Positions 1 through 9,544 of a stretch of DNA of 63,783 nt are shown in pieces. The notes beneath the pieces were generated by a model, which saw nothing but the letters and a program-made list of their open reading frames with translations, had not been told where the DNA came from and searched no databases. The stretch comes from Patescibacteria group bacterium (GTDB taxonomy: Bacteria; Patescibacteriota; Patescibacteriia; UBA10025; JAHIVO01): contig JAHIVO010000005.1 of assembly GCA_018816445.1 (NCBI GenBank), forward strand, positions 1-63,783, written 5' to 3'. Each line of letters starts with the position of its first letter. Positions within the stretch are counted from its first letter, which is position 1. The position numbers and the translations under genes are program-made.

Positions 1-61
1 ACTTTCAAGATAGCCTCTGAAGCATATGTTTCGGAGGTTTTTATTTTAAAATATTAATAAT

Positions 62-583
62 TTAATAGTAAATATTTTTTTTATTGGCGAATTTGAAAAA
101 TCTGACTACCAGGCCAATGATTGTACCAATAATCCCGAGGATAAAAATATAAGGCGCCCAGGTATTTAACCAGGCTAAACTGTTGGTAGTTATTGAAAAG
201 ATATGCACTTCCCCGGAAAAATCAAAAGGAAATACTTTGAATATGTTATACATCACAATAATAGTGATAATGTCTAGCACACTGCGGGCCAGGAAATAAA
301 AACGCATCTTGTCATAAAAAATAAATACAAAATTTAGAACAGCCGTGGCAATGATAGAAAAATTAATAAGCCCTAAAATTTGATTAAAGTCTTCTGTTAT
401 GAAAGTGACATTCCAGTTTAAGATATTATTGGCAACATATATAGCTGCCAGGTTAAAACCCAGAGCCATTGTATGCGAAACCAGGCGTTTGTTTTTTGGA
501 GGATGATGGTCATGCTTCTCTTTGGCTATGTCTTCGTGGGGCAAATGAGCTTTGGTGTGGGCGTATGGTTGTTGTCCATTCAT
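62..583 (-). CDS. hypothetical multi-pass membrane protein
   Basis: 173-aa ORF. It has a His/Lys-rich N-terminus followed by several hydrophobic segments. No family recognised. Confidence 0.45.
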   Translation of the reverse strand: MNGQQPYAHTKAHLPHEDIAKEKHDHHPPKNKRLVSHTMALGFNLAAIYVANNILNWNVTFITEDFNQILGLINFSIIATAVLNFVFIFYDKMRFYFLARSVLDIITIIVMYNIFKVFPFDFSGEVHIFSITTNSLAWLNTWAPYIFILGIIGTIIGLVVRFFKFANKKNIYY

Positions 584-595
584 ATTATATTTACA

Positions 596-1057
596 TTAAT
601 CAATACATAATTCTCCGCCTTCAACTTTACCATCAGCCACAATATAATAACAGCCGAAAATTCTCTGCCAAGCAGGGCAGGTACCGGCAGTTTGTACAAT
701 GCCTCCTTGGTCAACAATTTCTTGTTGATTTAAGTCAAGTTCGGCTATGCATAAGCCGGCCTGGCAATCTGTCTCATTGGCGCATTCATGACCACCGTCG
801 GTAGTAGGTAAATTACAATTTTTAGTCGAGCTAGGCCCATGCCAACCCCAGTTACCGCCAGCAGCTTCGCAGGAGACTTGATCAGCGGATTTAGTATTCG
901 AATTTGCTGTTTGGTTTGTGTTTGAGTTAGTGGAGCCATTTGTAAAAAAGAAATAAGCGCCAACTGCAATAATAATTAATACTAAAATTATAATAATTGG
1001 ATTAGTGGTTTTTTTATTGCCTGGTTGGTTAGTCGGGGTTGGTTTGGTAGTATTCAT
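596..1057 (-). CDS. membrane-anchored cysteine-rich secreted protein
   Basis: 153-aa ORF with an N-terminal TM helix (IIIILVLIIIAVGAYFF), an Asn/Thr-rich linker and a C-terminal domain with 8 Cys. Its start overlaps the stop of the upstream ORF by 4 nt, which suggests an operon. Confidence 0.5.
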   Translation of the reverse strand: MNTTKPTPTNQPGNKKTTNPIIIILVLIIIAVGAYFFFTNGSTNSNTNQTANSNTKSADQVSCEAAGGNWGWHGPSSTKNCNLPTTDGGHECANETDCQAGLCIAELDLNQQEIVDQGGIVQTAGTCPAWQRIFGCYYIVADGKVEGGELCID

Positions 1058-1656
1058 ATATTTTTGTTTAATGTATTAGCCCAAGATATTAATTCTTTAA
1101 GAAACCTGCCACGTCGTTCTTTGATAATTTGGTCTAATGAGTCAATTAATTCTTTTTTAAAATTGAGCATGTTAGGGTTGTCCCATCTTCTAATAATTTT
1201 TTTAACAGCAATAAAGGGGGTTTGGCCGTCCCAGTTTTGCGGAAAAGTTCTAAAGCCATATGGGGCCAATTTGGGATTATAATTAATATCAACATCTATC
1301 CATTGGTTGCCCTTTTTAATTTGCACAAAGTTATGTCCGTGCTCCCAGACGCCTTTGTTCAAAATATCTTTAATATGTTGGGGGTATTTTATAGATTCGT
1401 CTATCCAGTGAAACGTGCAAACTACAGATTGATTAGTAATGCCCAATTCATCATAACATGCTTGAAGCACTAAGTGTTTGCCAGTGCAGGTGCCCACTTT
1501 TTTTGTAACTAAGGTTTCTTCTATAGTCCTGCCCTCGCCCCAAGGTATGCATGATACTATCTTTGTTACTTTAATTAACTGTTCAAGCTTGTTCAATTTT
1601 AAAATACCATTTTGCTGGAGGTAGTTTTTAATTTCCTTTTTTTTGTTAAAGATCAT
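1054..1656 (-). CDS. transglutaminase-like cysteine protease fold protein (putative)
   Basis: 200-aa ORF with ordered Cys..His..Asp candidates (GTCTGKH ... EHGHNFVQI ... WIDVDIN). This resembles the transglutaminase-like core, recognised from motifs only. Confidence 0.45.
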   Translation of the reverse strand: MIFNKKKEIKNYLQQNGILKLNKLEQLIKVTKIVSCIPWGEGRTIEETLVTKKVGTCTGKHLVLQACYDELGITNQSVVCTFHWIDESIKYPQHIKDILNKGVWEHGHNFVQIKKGNQWIDVDINYNPKLAPYGFRTFPQNWDGQTPFIAVKKIIRRWDNPNMLNFKKELIDSLDQIIKERRGRFLKELISWANTLNKNI

Positions 1657-1659
1657 AAA

Positions 1660-2175
1660 TTATTCTTCTAAAAACACTTTAACACTATAAAATGGGCTAG
1701 CCACTTCTGTTTCGTCATCGTAAATTTTTATTTGGGCTAAGGCACTCTCGCATTCACCAGCTGTGTCATAGCGCCATTCAACAGTACTGGGGAAGCCAGC
1801 GATTGATTGCCCTACTTTTTTTTCCTTGTACCAAAAATAACCGCAGTCCATTTCCCATTCGTACGTTAGGCTAGAGTATCCAGATAGGCTTTTCTCCTGA
1901 TAAGTGCCCTGGGGAGTTAAATTGTAGCGATGTGGCAATTCTTCGTCTGTCGCATGCAGCTGCTCAGCATCAACGCTGGTTACTACGGGTTTGGGCCTTT
2001 GATCTTCCTGACTAATGGCTGTGTTTAATTGCTCATCAAGGTCTTGGGCCACTGAATTTTCTAACTGCTTATCGTCCTCAGTTTGTTTTTGATACGGGTT
2101 TTTACAGCCAGTTAGGATAAAAGCGCAAATAATTATTAACATTATGGGCAGTAGAATTTTTTTGGTATTAGACAT
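1660..2175 (-). CDS. putative lipoprotein
   Basis: 171-aa ORF with a signal peptide ending in the lipobox LTGC, followed by an acidic domain. Confidence 0.55.
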   Translation of the reverse strand: MSNTKKILLPIMLIIICAFILTGCKNPYQKQTEDDKQLENSVAQDLDEQLNTAISQEDQRPKPVVTSVDAEQLHATDEELPHRYNLTPQGTYQEKSLSGYSSLTYEWEMDCGYFWYKEKKVGQSIAGFPSTVEWRYDTAGECESALAQIKIYDDETEVASPFYSVKVFLEE

Positions 2176-2285
2176 AGTTTTTGGGGTAATAGTATAATGT
2201 TTACATTATACCAAAAAAAGCGCTGTTTGTTTGCGCTTTTGAAATTTTTCAGATGAATTAAAGCAAATTTCGTGTTTACCCGTTG

Positions 2286-3419
2286 TTAATCCTTAAACTT
2301 AAACATTTTCCAGGCTATTATAAAAGAAACGATAATCCAACCGCCCATAAAACAAAGTTCCAGCCAGACATCTTGAAGAGTGCCTCCGTTAATTGAGATT
2401 TCTCTCAAAGCATCGATCATGGGGGTTAAGGGCAGGTATTCAACAATGCTGGCTACTGCTTTGGGCAGTGTTTCTGTAGAGAAAAATACGCCGGAAAAAA
2501 ACATCATCGGCATGGCAATAACTTGGGATAGAGCTTCGGCGGTTTTAGTATTTTTTGAATAGCCGGCAATGGCAAATCCGATATTAAGAAAAATTATACT
2601 GCCAATAATGCAAATCAGGTAGATATAAAAGTAATTGCCGTGAACCTGAACATTAAAAGCCAGTCGGGCTAATAGTATTATTAATGTAATTTGAATTAGG
2701 TTTACAACAAGATAAGAAAGAACTTCAGCTGTCAGGAAGTCACGAATTTTAATTGGCGTGGCCGCCAGGCGTTTGAGGAGTTTTTGTTCACGGTAGCGGC
2801 TGATGCCGGTAGAAATTCCTATAATAGCTGACATCATTATGGCCATACCTAAGATTCCCGGCATGATTATATCGATATAATCAATATCTTTGGACTGAAT
2901 ACTTTCAGTAGTATATGAAAATACCCTTGGTGTATTAGCAAGAGACATGTTCATTTGGTCAACAAATTTATCTACCACACTTAAGGCTACCTGATTGGTG
3001 GTTAAATTACCCTCGTCATAATAAATTTGAATGGGTGAGGGCTGTGGTATATCAGTCGGAGGAACATCCATACCTTCAGGAATATCCTGGGGCGTGTCAG
3101 GTACTGAAGGCAAGGTGAAATCCTCAGGCACTACTAAAACTATTTCAATGTCTCCGTCGGTCATTTGCTGTTTGGCCTCATCTAGTGAGCTGGGCGTATC
3201 CTGCTTTTTCAGGAATTCAATTTCATCCAAGCCCTGCTGGAAGCTGGCTGATAGTTCTGTCTGAGCCTGGTCAAAAATTACATATTTAGAATCGCCCATT
3301 TTGGTAAAGTCAAACAAACCAAAAATAATAATAAACATCAGCGGAAAAACTAGTGACCAGAAAATTGCCTGCTTGTCGCGGAAAGTCATTTTTATATTAG
3401 CAATCAAGAGTTTGAACAT
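2286..3419 (-). CDS. ABC-2 type transporter permease
   Basis: 377-aa ORF with an N-terminal TM helix, a large extracytoplasmic loop and a C-terminal 5-TM bundle typical of ABC-2 permeases. It lies immediately downstream of an ABC ATPase. Confidence 0.8.
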   Translation of the reverse strand: MFKLLIANIKMTFRDKQAIFWSLVFPLMFIIIFGLFDFTKMGDSKYVIFDQAQTELSASFQQGLDEIEFLKKQDTPSSLDEAKQQMTDGDIEIVLVVPEDFTLPSVPDTPQDIPEGMDVPPTDIPQPSPIQIYYDEGNLTTNQVALSVVDKFVDQMNMSLANTPRVFSYTTESIQSKDIDYIDIIMPGILGMAIMMSAIIGISTGISRYREQKLLKRLAATPIKIRDFLTAEVLSYLVVNLIQITLIILLARLAFNVQVHGNYFYIYLICIIGSIIFLNIGFAIAGYSKNTKTAEALSQVIAMPMMFFSGVFFSTETLPKAVASIVEYLPLTPMIDALREISINGGTLQDVWLELCFMGGWIIVSFIIAWKMFKFKD

Positions 3420-3423
3420 ATTG

Positions 3424-4356
3424 TTATTCGCGGAGTTTTTTACCTGTTAATTCTAAAAATACGTCCTCTAAATCTGCAGAAATTACTTCCAAGTCCTGCA
3501 TAAAAACATTTTTCTGTTCAGCCCACTTATAAAGTTTGGGCAGAACTTCATTACTTTTTGTAACTTTAAGGTGATAGATATTGTCTCCATTTTTTTCTAC
3601 ATTTAAAATACCATCAACGGATTTCAGCTTTTCCAGGTCAAATTGTTCCAGTGCATGAAAATGGATGCGGGCCGAGGAGGGTAATTGCCTGACCATATTT
3701 TTTGGCGTGTCCAGGGCGATTATTTCGCCTTTATCCATAATACCAACGCGGTCGCATAAATATTCTGCTTCTTCCATATAGTGAGTAGTCAGCACTACAG
3801 TTTTGCCTTGCTGGTTAATTTTTTTGATAAATTTCCACATCAGGTGTCTGGCTTGTGGGTCCAGGCCAGTGGTGGGTTCGTCTAAGAATACGATTTCTGG
3901 GTCATTAACCAAAGCAGCGCAGATTGAAAAACGCTGCTGCTGCCCGCCTGACAATTGTTTGATGAGGGCTCTTTTTTTGTCCTGTAATTTTACAATCTCA
4001 AGTAACTTTTCCGGTACTACGGATTTATTATAAAAACTGCCAAAGAGAGACAGGATTTCATCCAGTTTCAAATATTCATAATACGCCGAGGATTGCAGCT
4101 GGATACCAATTAAATTTTTTACTTTATTAAGGTCTTTTTGGGTGCTGATGTTTTTTATTAACGTTTCACCGCTAGATGGTTTTTGTATGCCCTCAATTAT
4201 TTCCAGGGTTGTTGTTTTGCCAGCGCCATTGGGTCCGAGTAAGCCAAAAATTTCCCCTTCACTTACGTTAAAAGAGACGTCATTAACAGCAATGAGGTCG
4301 GTTTTATTCGGCTCTTTAAATTTTTTTGTTAGATTATTAACGACAATAATACTCAT
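3424..4356 (-). CDS. ABC transporter ATP-binding protein
   Basis: Walker A GPNGAGKTT, signature LSGGQQQR and Walker B VFLDEPTTGLD. The start is placed at MSIIVVNNLTKKF, which is internal to the 326-aa track ORF. Confidence 0.9.
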   Translation of the reverse strand: MSIIVVNNLTKKFKEPNKTDLIAVNDVSFNVSEGEIFGLLGPNGAGKTTTLEIIEGIQKPSSGETLIKNISTQKDLNKVKNLIGIQLQSSAYYEYLKLDEILSLFGSFYNKSVVPEKLLEIVKLQDKKRALIKQLSGGQQQRFSICAALVNDPEIVFLDEPTTGLDPQARHLMWKFIKKINQQGKTVVLTTHYMEEAEYLCDRVGIMDKGEIIALDTPKNMVRQLPSSARIHFHALEQFDLEKLKSVDGILNVEKNGDNIYHLKVTKSNEVLPKLYKWAEQKNVFMQDLEVISADLEDVFLELTGKKLRE

Positions 4357-4473
4357 ATAGTTAACAGTGGGTGGTAGTGTAGCATAAAATTTTAGCAGTA
4401 TCAATAATAAATGTTAATCAATCTATTTGACTGTTATAAATATCAAATAATATTGTTAATACATTTAAGTTAA

Positions 4474-4881
4474 TTATTTGATAGTTTTAAGATTGCCAGA
4501 TATTAGGCCATGCAAAGTAGTTTTTTTTAATATTAAAATCGGTAATTGAAACAGAAGCATGTTAATTATAAACAAATCAAACGGAAACCAGAGCCAAATA
4601 ATTAGGCTAGCAAAACTCAAAGAATATAAAACGTCGTAAGTAAGGTGTTGAGTGAACTTGTAATTGGTATCCCAATAAGTGTGCATGATCATCATACCTA
4701 GGCATCTATTTTTGAAAAATATTAAGAAGAAAAGGGTATAGGAAAAAAATACGGCGATTAATATAAACCGCCAAGCCATAAAATTTGGTCGTGCAAATAA
4801 AAAAGGCGTGGCTAGGATTATTACCGCTCCGGCATTAATAATTGAGGGAATAATTTTTTCTGGCAGAGTTGTGGGGTACAT
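4474..4881 (-). CDS. hypothetical membrane protein
   Basis: 135-aa ORF with 4 hydrophobic segments. Confidence 0.4.
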   Translation of the reverse strand: MYPTTLPEKIIPSIINAGAVIILATPFLFARPNFMAWRFILIAVFFSYTLFFLIFFKNRCLGMMIMHTYWDTNYKFTQHLTYDVLYSLSFASLIIWLWFPFDLFIINMLLFQLPILILKKTTLHGLISGNLKTIK

Positions 4882-5018
4882 TATTTTTTAAATAATTTTT
4901 TAGCAAAGCAAGCAGCCCCTCGGTTATTACTTGCGACTGTTTTTTTATTAACCTTTTTATTTTATTACATAAGTCTGCTTAAGCCAGTTTAGGAGCTTGG
5001 AAGCTTGGAGTCAATCAT

Positions 5019-5438
5019 TTATTTCAGCACCATAAGTATGGCGCCAGCCGCCATCAGACCAATGCCAGTAGCTGATTTCCATGTCAGTTGTTCGCCCAGT
5101 ATCAGGATGGCCAAAATAAGGACAAAAACCACGCTTAGCCTGTCCAGGGCGGCCACGCCGGAAGCAGGACCATTTTTCAAAGCGAAAAAATAAAACAGCC
5201 AGGACAGGGCGCCAGCCACGCCGGACAGGACAATGTAGAGCAGGGCTTTGCTGTTGATGGTGGAGAGCAGCGGCGCTTTACCCAATACCAGGGAAACAAT
5301 TACCAGGAAAACGGCCATAACCACGGCCCGCACTGAGGTGGCCAAAGTGGTATCAATTTTACTGATGCCGATTTTTCCGAAAATAGCGACCAGAGCGGCG
5401 AATAAGGCGGATAAAATCGCGAAAATAATCCAGGACAT
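5019..5438 (-). CDS. EamA-like (DMT superfamily) small transporter
   Basis: 139-aa ORF with 4-5 TM helices and a single EamA-type half-domain pattern (ILSALFAALVAIFGKIG...). Confidence 0.65.
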   Translation of the reverse strand: MSWIIFAILSALFAALVAIFGKIGISKIDTTLATSVRAVVMAVFLVIVSLVLGKAPLLSTINSKALLYIVLSGVAGALSWLFYFFALKNGPASGVAALDRLSVVFVLILAILILGEQLTWKSATGIGLMAAGAILMVLK

Positions 5439-5444
5439 TTTTTA

Positions 5445-5858
5445 TTATTTTAAATTATAAGATTGTTTAAGCCAGCTGATTAGTTCTGCGTTAATATCTT
5501 TAGGAGATTTTATGAGCAGGCAGTTTTTATAACTGTTCTTCGAAAGCGGAACGCAGGCGAATATACGCTTGCTTTTTAATTTGCGGTCAAGCGCAAAGCG
5601 GAGTTCAAGTACACCGTCTTTTTTAGGCAATATAGCCATGAAATCATATCTCCCAAACAGATGGATACAACAGGGGATGGACAGCACGGTAATTTTGCCA
5701 ACTTTTGTACCGATTTGTTTCAGCAACTGTTGGTAGAGCTTATATGCTGCGTATTTATTTATAAAGTGGTCTTGCAACGGCTTAGTAGCGCAGGTATGCT
5801 GCTGTCCTTGTCGTTTGAATTGCCGTTTGCATTTAGGGCATTGCCAGTATGTTTTCAT
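5445..5858 (-). CDS. hypothetical protein with N-terminal zinc-ribbon-like CxxC...HxC
   Basis: 137-aa ORF with N-terminus WQCPKCKRQFKRQGQQHTC. Confidence 0.45.
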   Translation of the reverse strand: MKTYWQCPKCKRQFKRQGQQHTCATKPLQDHFINKYAAYKLYQQLLKQIGTKVGKITVLSIPCCIHLFGRYDFMAILPKKDGVLELRFALDRKLKSKRIFACVPLSKNSYKNCLLIKSPKDINAELISWLKQSYNLK

Positions 5859-5926
5859 AAGTTTTAGTTATGGGTTTTTATAAATCTAAAGATTTATATA
5901 CCTGATCTGGGGGCGGTGTTTAATTA

Positions 5927-6298
5927 TCAGTAATATTTATGATGGTGCACGCAATACACTTTATCACCTTTTATCCAGCGTTTGTTTTCGCGAGCCACAA
6001 ATTTCCCGATGCCGTGTTTTTTTATATATGCTAAATTTTCTAGCATGCTCATTTCGTATTTTGTGCTGTAGCGTTTGTCCAGGTGTTTCATACGCGCACA
6101 AGGGAAAGTATTACATTCAAAACAGTAGTGATTTTTTTTTGATTTAACGCATTTAGTTATTAAGCAAGTCCGGCAACCTTTGATTTTTAATTTATTAACT
6201 CCATTGCATCCGTGGCATTTATTATTTTCACGGACATAAGCTAGACATAATCTACAATTCATTCCACAAGGAGCAATTAGTTTTTTCGTGATAGACAT
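5927..6298 (-). CDS. DUF3795-like cysteine-rich protein
   Basis: 123-aa ORF with repeated CxxC motifs (CGMNCRLCLAY, CHGC, CRTC, CFEC). The family is assigned from memory of its pattern. Confidence 0.55.
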   Translation of the reverse strand: MSITKKLIAPCGMNCRLCLAYVRENNKCHGCNGVNKLKIKGCRTCLITKCVKSKKNHYCFECNTFPCARMKHLDKRYSTKYEMSMLENLAYIKKHGIGKFVARENKRWIKGDKVYCVHHHKYY

Positions 6299-6527
6299 TG
6301 ATTTTGATAATAAAGAGAAAGAATTTTAGAAGTAAGTATGTATGAGTTTTAATCTTAATTTATCTTTATGCCACAGGCCCGCCCGCCATTGCTTCGCGAG
6401 GCGAAGCGGGCGGGTAGAAATATGGAATTTGGTGATTGTTTTTTTCATAAGAGATTGATATTAACAATTGACAAGATTGAATTGGCGTGATAAGTTTTAT
6501 TGAAAACATTATTAATTGGAGGGATCA

Positions 6528-6821
6528 GTGAAGAGCTTTTTAAGTTTGATGATTGAGCAAAAAGGAGGCGGCGAGGTAGGACGCGAAGAAGTTAAGAAAA
6601 TTCTGGAAGGATTATATACTGAAGCGTCTGATAAGTTCCCAAAAATGTATTGTCGAGACAACGGCTTGATTAAACGTCAGTATTACATAAGGAAAAAGGT
6701 GTTTGAACTTTTTCCAACCGTCTTCAAGCAAAAACCAGGTATTCTTGTTGTTCTTGAATGGTTAGTTCATTTCGAAATTTATACTCCTAAGTCGCGAAAG
6801 GCATCGCTTTCGCAACATTAG
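6528..6821 (+). CDS. hypothetical protein
   Basis: A GTG start lies 6 nt after the SD GGAGGG, and a hairpin plus T-run follows the ORF. Confidence 0.4.
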   Translation: MKSFLSLMIEQKGGGEVGREEVKKILEGLYTEASDKFPKMYCRDNGLIKRQYYIRKKVFELFPTVFKQKPGILVVLEWLVHFEIYTPKSRKASLSQH

Positions 6822-6828
6822 TGACAAC

Positions 6829-6860
6829 CCCCAAGTAAACATAACTTGGGGTTTTTATTT
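6829..6860 (+). terminator. rho-independent terminator
   Basis: An 8-bp stem ccccaagt/acttgggg with a 7-nt loop is followed by a T-run. Confidence 0.6.
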
Positions 6861-7076
6861 TTCAAATTTGTTGATAAACTGCACACGACCAACCTGGCCA
6901 TCAGTTAAACGGACTTTGATACCACGGTGGTGGGTAGCTGAACTCGTGAGAATGTCCTGAACAAATCCATAAGTTAAGTTACCAGTAGGCTGGTCTTTTT
7001 TTAGGACAATGGCCACTTCCAGGCCTGGTTCTATGTCATCCCGGTTGGTGCCGGTCATGTATTCTTTGTCTGTCAT
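6855..7076 (-). CDS. YwbE-family (DUF2196) small protein
   Basis: 73-aa ORF containing the motif GLEVAIVLKKDQPTGNLTYGFVQDILT..HHRGIKVRL.DGQVGRV. Confidence 0.7.
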   Translation of the reverse strand: MTDKEYMTGTNRDDIEPGLEVAIVLKKDQPTGNLTYGFVQDILTSSATHHRGIKVRLTDGQVGRVQFINKFEK

Positions 7077-7131
7077 AATGAGAGGAGAGAGATATTTAGT
7101 TGTTATTAAATATATTTTAATTGTAGCATAT

Positions 7132-7656
7132 TTATAGTAATTTATTTATTTTATTTAGATTAATGTATTGGTACGGCAGGTGGTGATATTTGTCCGGCAA
7201 TTCCGCTTCAATTGGATTTTGTTTGATATATTTAATAACCGTGTATAAATATTTATCCGTATTCACAATTCGTGTATAATAACGTTTTTGCCAAAATGGG
7301 AAATCAACATTATATTGACTGCGGATTTGATTGTAAAAGTATGATTTGAGAGTATAAATAAAATCCGAGATGGTGTTTTGATTACCTCCCACCGCGGGCA
7401 CAGAGACCCGCGTTGGGAGGGGGTTGTTGCCACCCCGAGCGCGGGTGTCCCTGCCCGCGCTCATCGTTAAAATATGAACATGATCCGGCATGATTTGATA
7501 TGATAAAATACCAAATCGTTTCATTTGCCCGGTGCGGAATATGATTTTGGACAACAATTTGGCATGTTTGGTTTCCTCAAACAACGGACACCCTTCCTGT
7601 GTGCGAAATGTTATAAAATATGGATATTCGTTTTGATAAATTCTTCTCTGCGTCAT
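7132..7656 (-). CDS. IS200-like / REP-associated tyrosine transposase (RAYT-type HUH Y1 transposase), copy 1, carrying an in-frame 26-aa insertion
   Basis: HUH motif PDHVHIL and a C-terminal Y..NP motif (YIKQNPIEAEL). A paralogue lies at 59824..60360. Codons at 7385..7462 are a GC-rich double hairpin that the paralogue lacks. Confidence 0.8.
   Translation of the reverse strand: MTQRRIYQNEYPYFITFRTQEGCPLFEETKHAKLLSKIIFRTGQMKRFGILSYQIMPDHVHILTMSAGRDTRARGGNNPLPTRVSVPAVGGNQNTISDFIYTLKSYFYNQIRSQYNVDFPFWQKRYYTRIVNTDKYLYTVIKYIKQNPIEAELPDKYHHLPYQYINLNKINKLL
7385..7462. repeat. GC-rich double hairpin (REP-like) embedded in frame in the RAYT gene
   Basis: Hairpin 1 pairs cctccca/tgggagg and cgcggg/cccgcg. 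Hairpin 2 pairs gagcgcggg/cccgcgctc. The total is 78 nt, or 26 codons. Confidence 0.75.
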
Positions 7657-7707
7657 AAAAACCTTCCTTGGTACGGGGAAGGTTTTTGGTGTTTTTAATT
7701 ATATCAA

Positions 7708-8268
7708 TTATATTTTATCCAATAACTCCTTGGCTTGATTTTTTACGGTTGGACGGGTGTTTTTAGTTTGGCGTTTGAGGAAGCTGATAATACTCTTATT
7801 TGTTTTAATATTATTTTTGGAATCTCCAAAAACATTAACTACGTGTCCAAGCACTACATTACGGCATTCTAGTGAGAGCTTATCTTTGTAATAATACTTA
7901 GCCTTTTCTACTTTCAAGAGTTCACGAAAAATATACGGTTTTAGTTTAGGTTTGGCTTGGGCAACAATGCCCAGGGCTTTAACCGTGTTAGCCGCAGTGA
8001 TCATTTCTTTTTCGCGCAGGAATTTATAAAACCGTGGCAAAATTTTATTAATCTTATTTTTCTTATCAATTTTAGCCAGATTACCAATAACTACAATAGC
8101 AGTCCATTTAAGTATGCGATTGTCGCCGTTAAGCAGTTAAATAAAAATATCCCAGTGGGGGTAGATATTTTTTGGATTTTTTTCTGATAAAGATATAGCT
8201 CGTTTACTGGCGGGGTATTTAATATTAGCTTTGTCGGAAAATAGGAGTTTGGGATTGAAGGTCGGCAT
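7708..8268 (-). pseudogene. HEAT-repeat protein interrupted by one in-frame TAA
   Basis: Reading from the ATG at 8268, one frame runs MPTFNPKLL...HWDIFI*LLNGDNRILKW... and continues into the 110-aa track ORF. The single stop is at 8137..8139. Confidence 0.55.
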
Positions 8269-8290
8269 GATATTAATTAATATTGATTCT

Positions 8291-8863
8291 TTACATTGTT
8301 TCCCACTCCACCTCATCCGGGAACATGAGCTGGAAAGGGTAGCCGAGGTAGTTGCGTTCTATTTTGCCGCAGCCAAGATCTTTAATAAATTTTACCATGA
8401 CGTCAGTTTCTTGTTTGGGATCGGGGTTTTTTGATCCTTTATATTCAATTTCCACAAAATCTCCAAGGTCTTTAATTTTATCAATGGCTATTTCCCAATC
8501 TTGGTATTGCCAAGCTCGTCTAATTTTATCAACTGTAACTATTTTGTGGAACTGGAGTGCATTAAACAAGTTAACCATGGCAGGCATGTCTTCAACCGCT
8601 GATTCGTGTTCATCGCAGTAGTTGCTGCGGCCGTCAGCTTCATAGTGCCAGTATTTGTAGTTTATAGAGCACTTGCCCTCGGCATCCCGCAAACGTAGCC
8701 ATTCGGCAATCGGACGGACAGCGGTAAAGTCGCGGTCGGTAGGGGTATAGTATTCATCCAGCTGGCGTGTCTGGTATTTAAATTTACCCCCTTGCTTCAA
8801 TTTATCTAAAAGAGGTTGGATGTTTTCTATTCTAACTTGGATTTCGATTTCTTTGTCTATAAT
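8291..8863 (-). CDS. CYTH-domain protein (class IV adenylate cyclase / triphosphatase family)
   Basis: C-terminal GDFVEIEYKG motif. The N-terminal ExExK-like strand (KEIEIQVRI) lies upstream of the track's TTG start, with no ATG/GTG/TTG between it and the upstream stop. The start is therefore placed provisionally at ATT/ATA. Confidence 0.6.
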   Translation of the reverse strand: MIDKEIEIQVRIENIQPLLDKLKQGGKFKYQTRQLDEYYTPTDRDFTAVRPIAEWLRLRDAEGKCSINYKYWHYEADGRSNYCDEHESAVEDMPAMVNLFNALQFHKIVTVDKIRRAWQYQDWEIAIDKIKDLGDFVEIEYKGSKNPDPKQETDVMVKFIKDLGCGKIERNYLGYPFQLMFPDEVEWETM

Positions 8864-8872
8864 TTTACTATA

Positions 8873-9541
8873 TTAATTATACTGTTCTTTTATAGCAGGC
8901 AATAGTGAATTTATATCCTGATAATCACCCGGTTTACTCCGCCATTCGTTGAAAAATCCCCACTCTTCCCATTTCCATACGGCCAAAAATTGGCCCTGGC
9001 ATTGATAATTGTCCGTATATAATCCTTCAATAACAATTAACTCTTGCTTGTTGTCATGGTCAATGTCATTGAAAGTAAATTCACAGTTCGGCTGACTTAA
9101 ATTTGAAGACCCCCAAACCTGATGTAAATTATCGTCCTGGAATTCGTAGATAAATAGATGGTTTTTAATGCTCGGATCATTTGTGTCTTCCCAAAACGGT
9201 TTTGAAGGGCCAAAATTTCCAGATTTCCATAATGAAAGGACCAGGTTATGTTTGCCGTCATGCGTGGCATCAGCTATAGCGAATGAGTCGATATGCCATG
9301 ATTTAGGGGACTGCCATAGGGTGATGTTTCCGTGGTTGACCTTTAGGATTCCTTTTTGTAGTTCAAACCGTTCCAGCTGGCCGTCTCCGGTCAGATCGTA
9401 AAAATTTTTCTGATAGTTGGGAGATTGGTTAAAATTCCCTAAAGTATTTTTAGATAAATCAGCATTAGCATAGGAGATTGTGGAGCACAGTAAAGCCAGG
9501 GTGCCTGCAAATACCGTTATTGGAATAAAAAACTTGACCAT
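8873..9541 (-). CDS. secreted FG-GAP/VCBS-like repeat protein
   Basis: Signal peptide plus repeated Asp-rich loops (DLTGDGQLE, DATHDGKHNLV, DIDHDNKQELIV). Confidence 0.5.
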   Translation of the reverse strand: MVKFFIPITVFAGTLALLCSTISYANADLSKNTLGNFNQSPNYQKNFYDLTGDGQLERFELQKGILKVNHGNITLWQSPKSWHIDSFAIADATHDGKHNLVLSLWKSGNFGPSKPFWEDTNDPSIKNHLFIYEFQDDNLHQVWGSSNLSQPNCEFTFNDIDHDNKQELIVIEGLYTDNYQCQGQFLAVWKWEEWGFFNEWRSKPGDYQDINSLLPAIKEQYN

Positions 9542-9544
9542 ATA

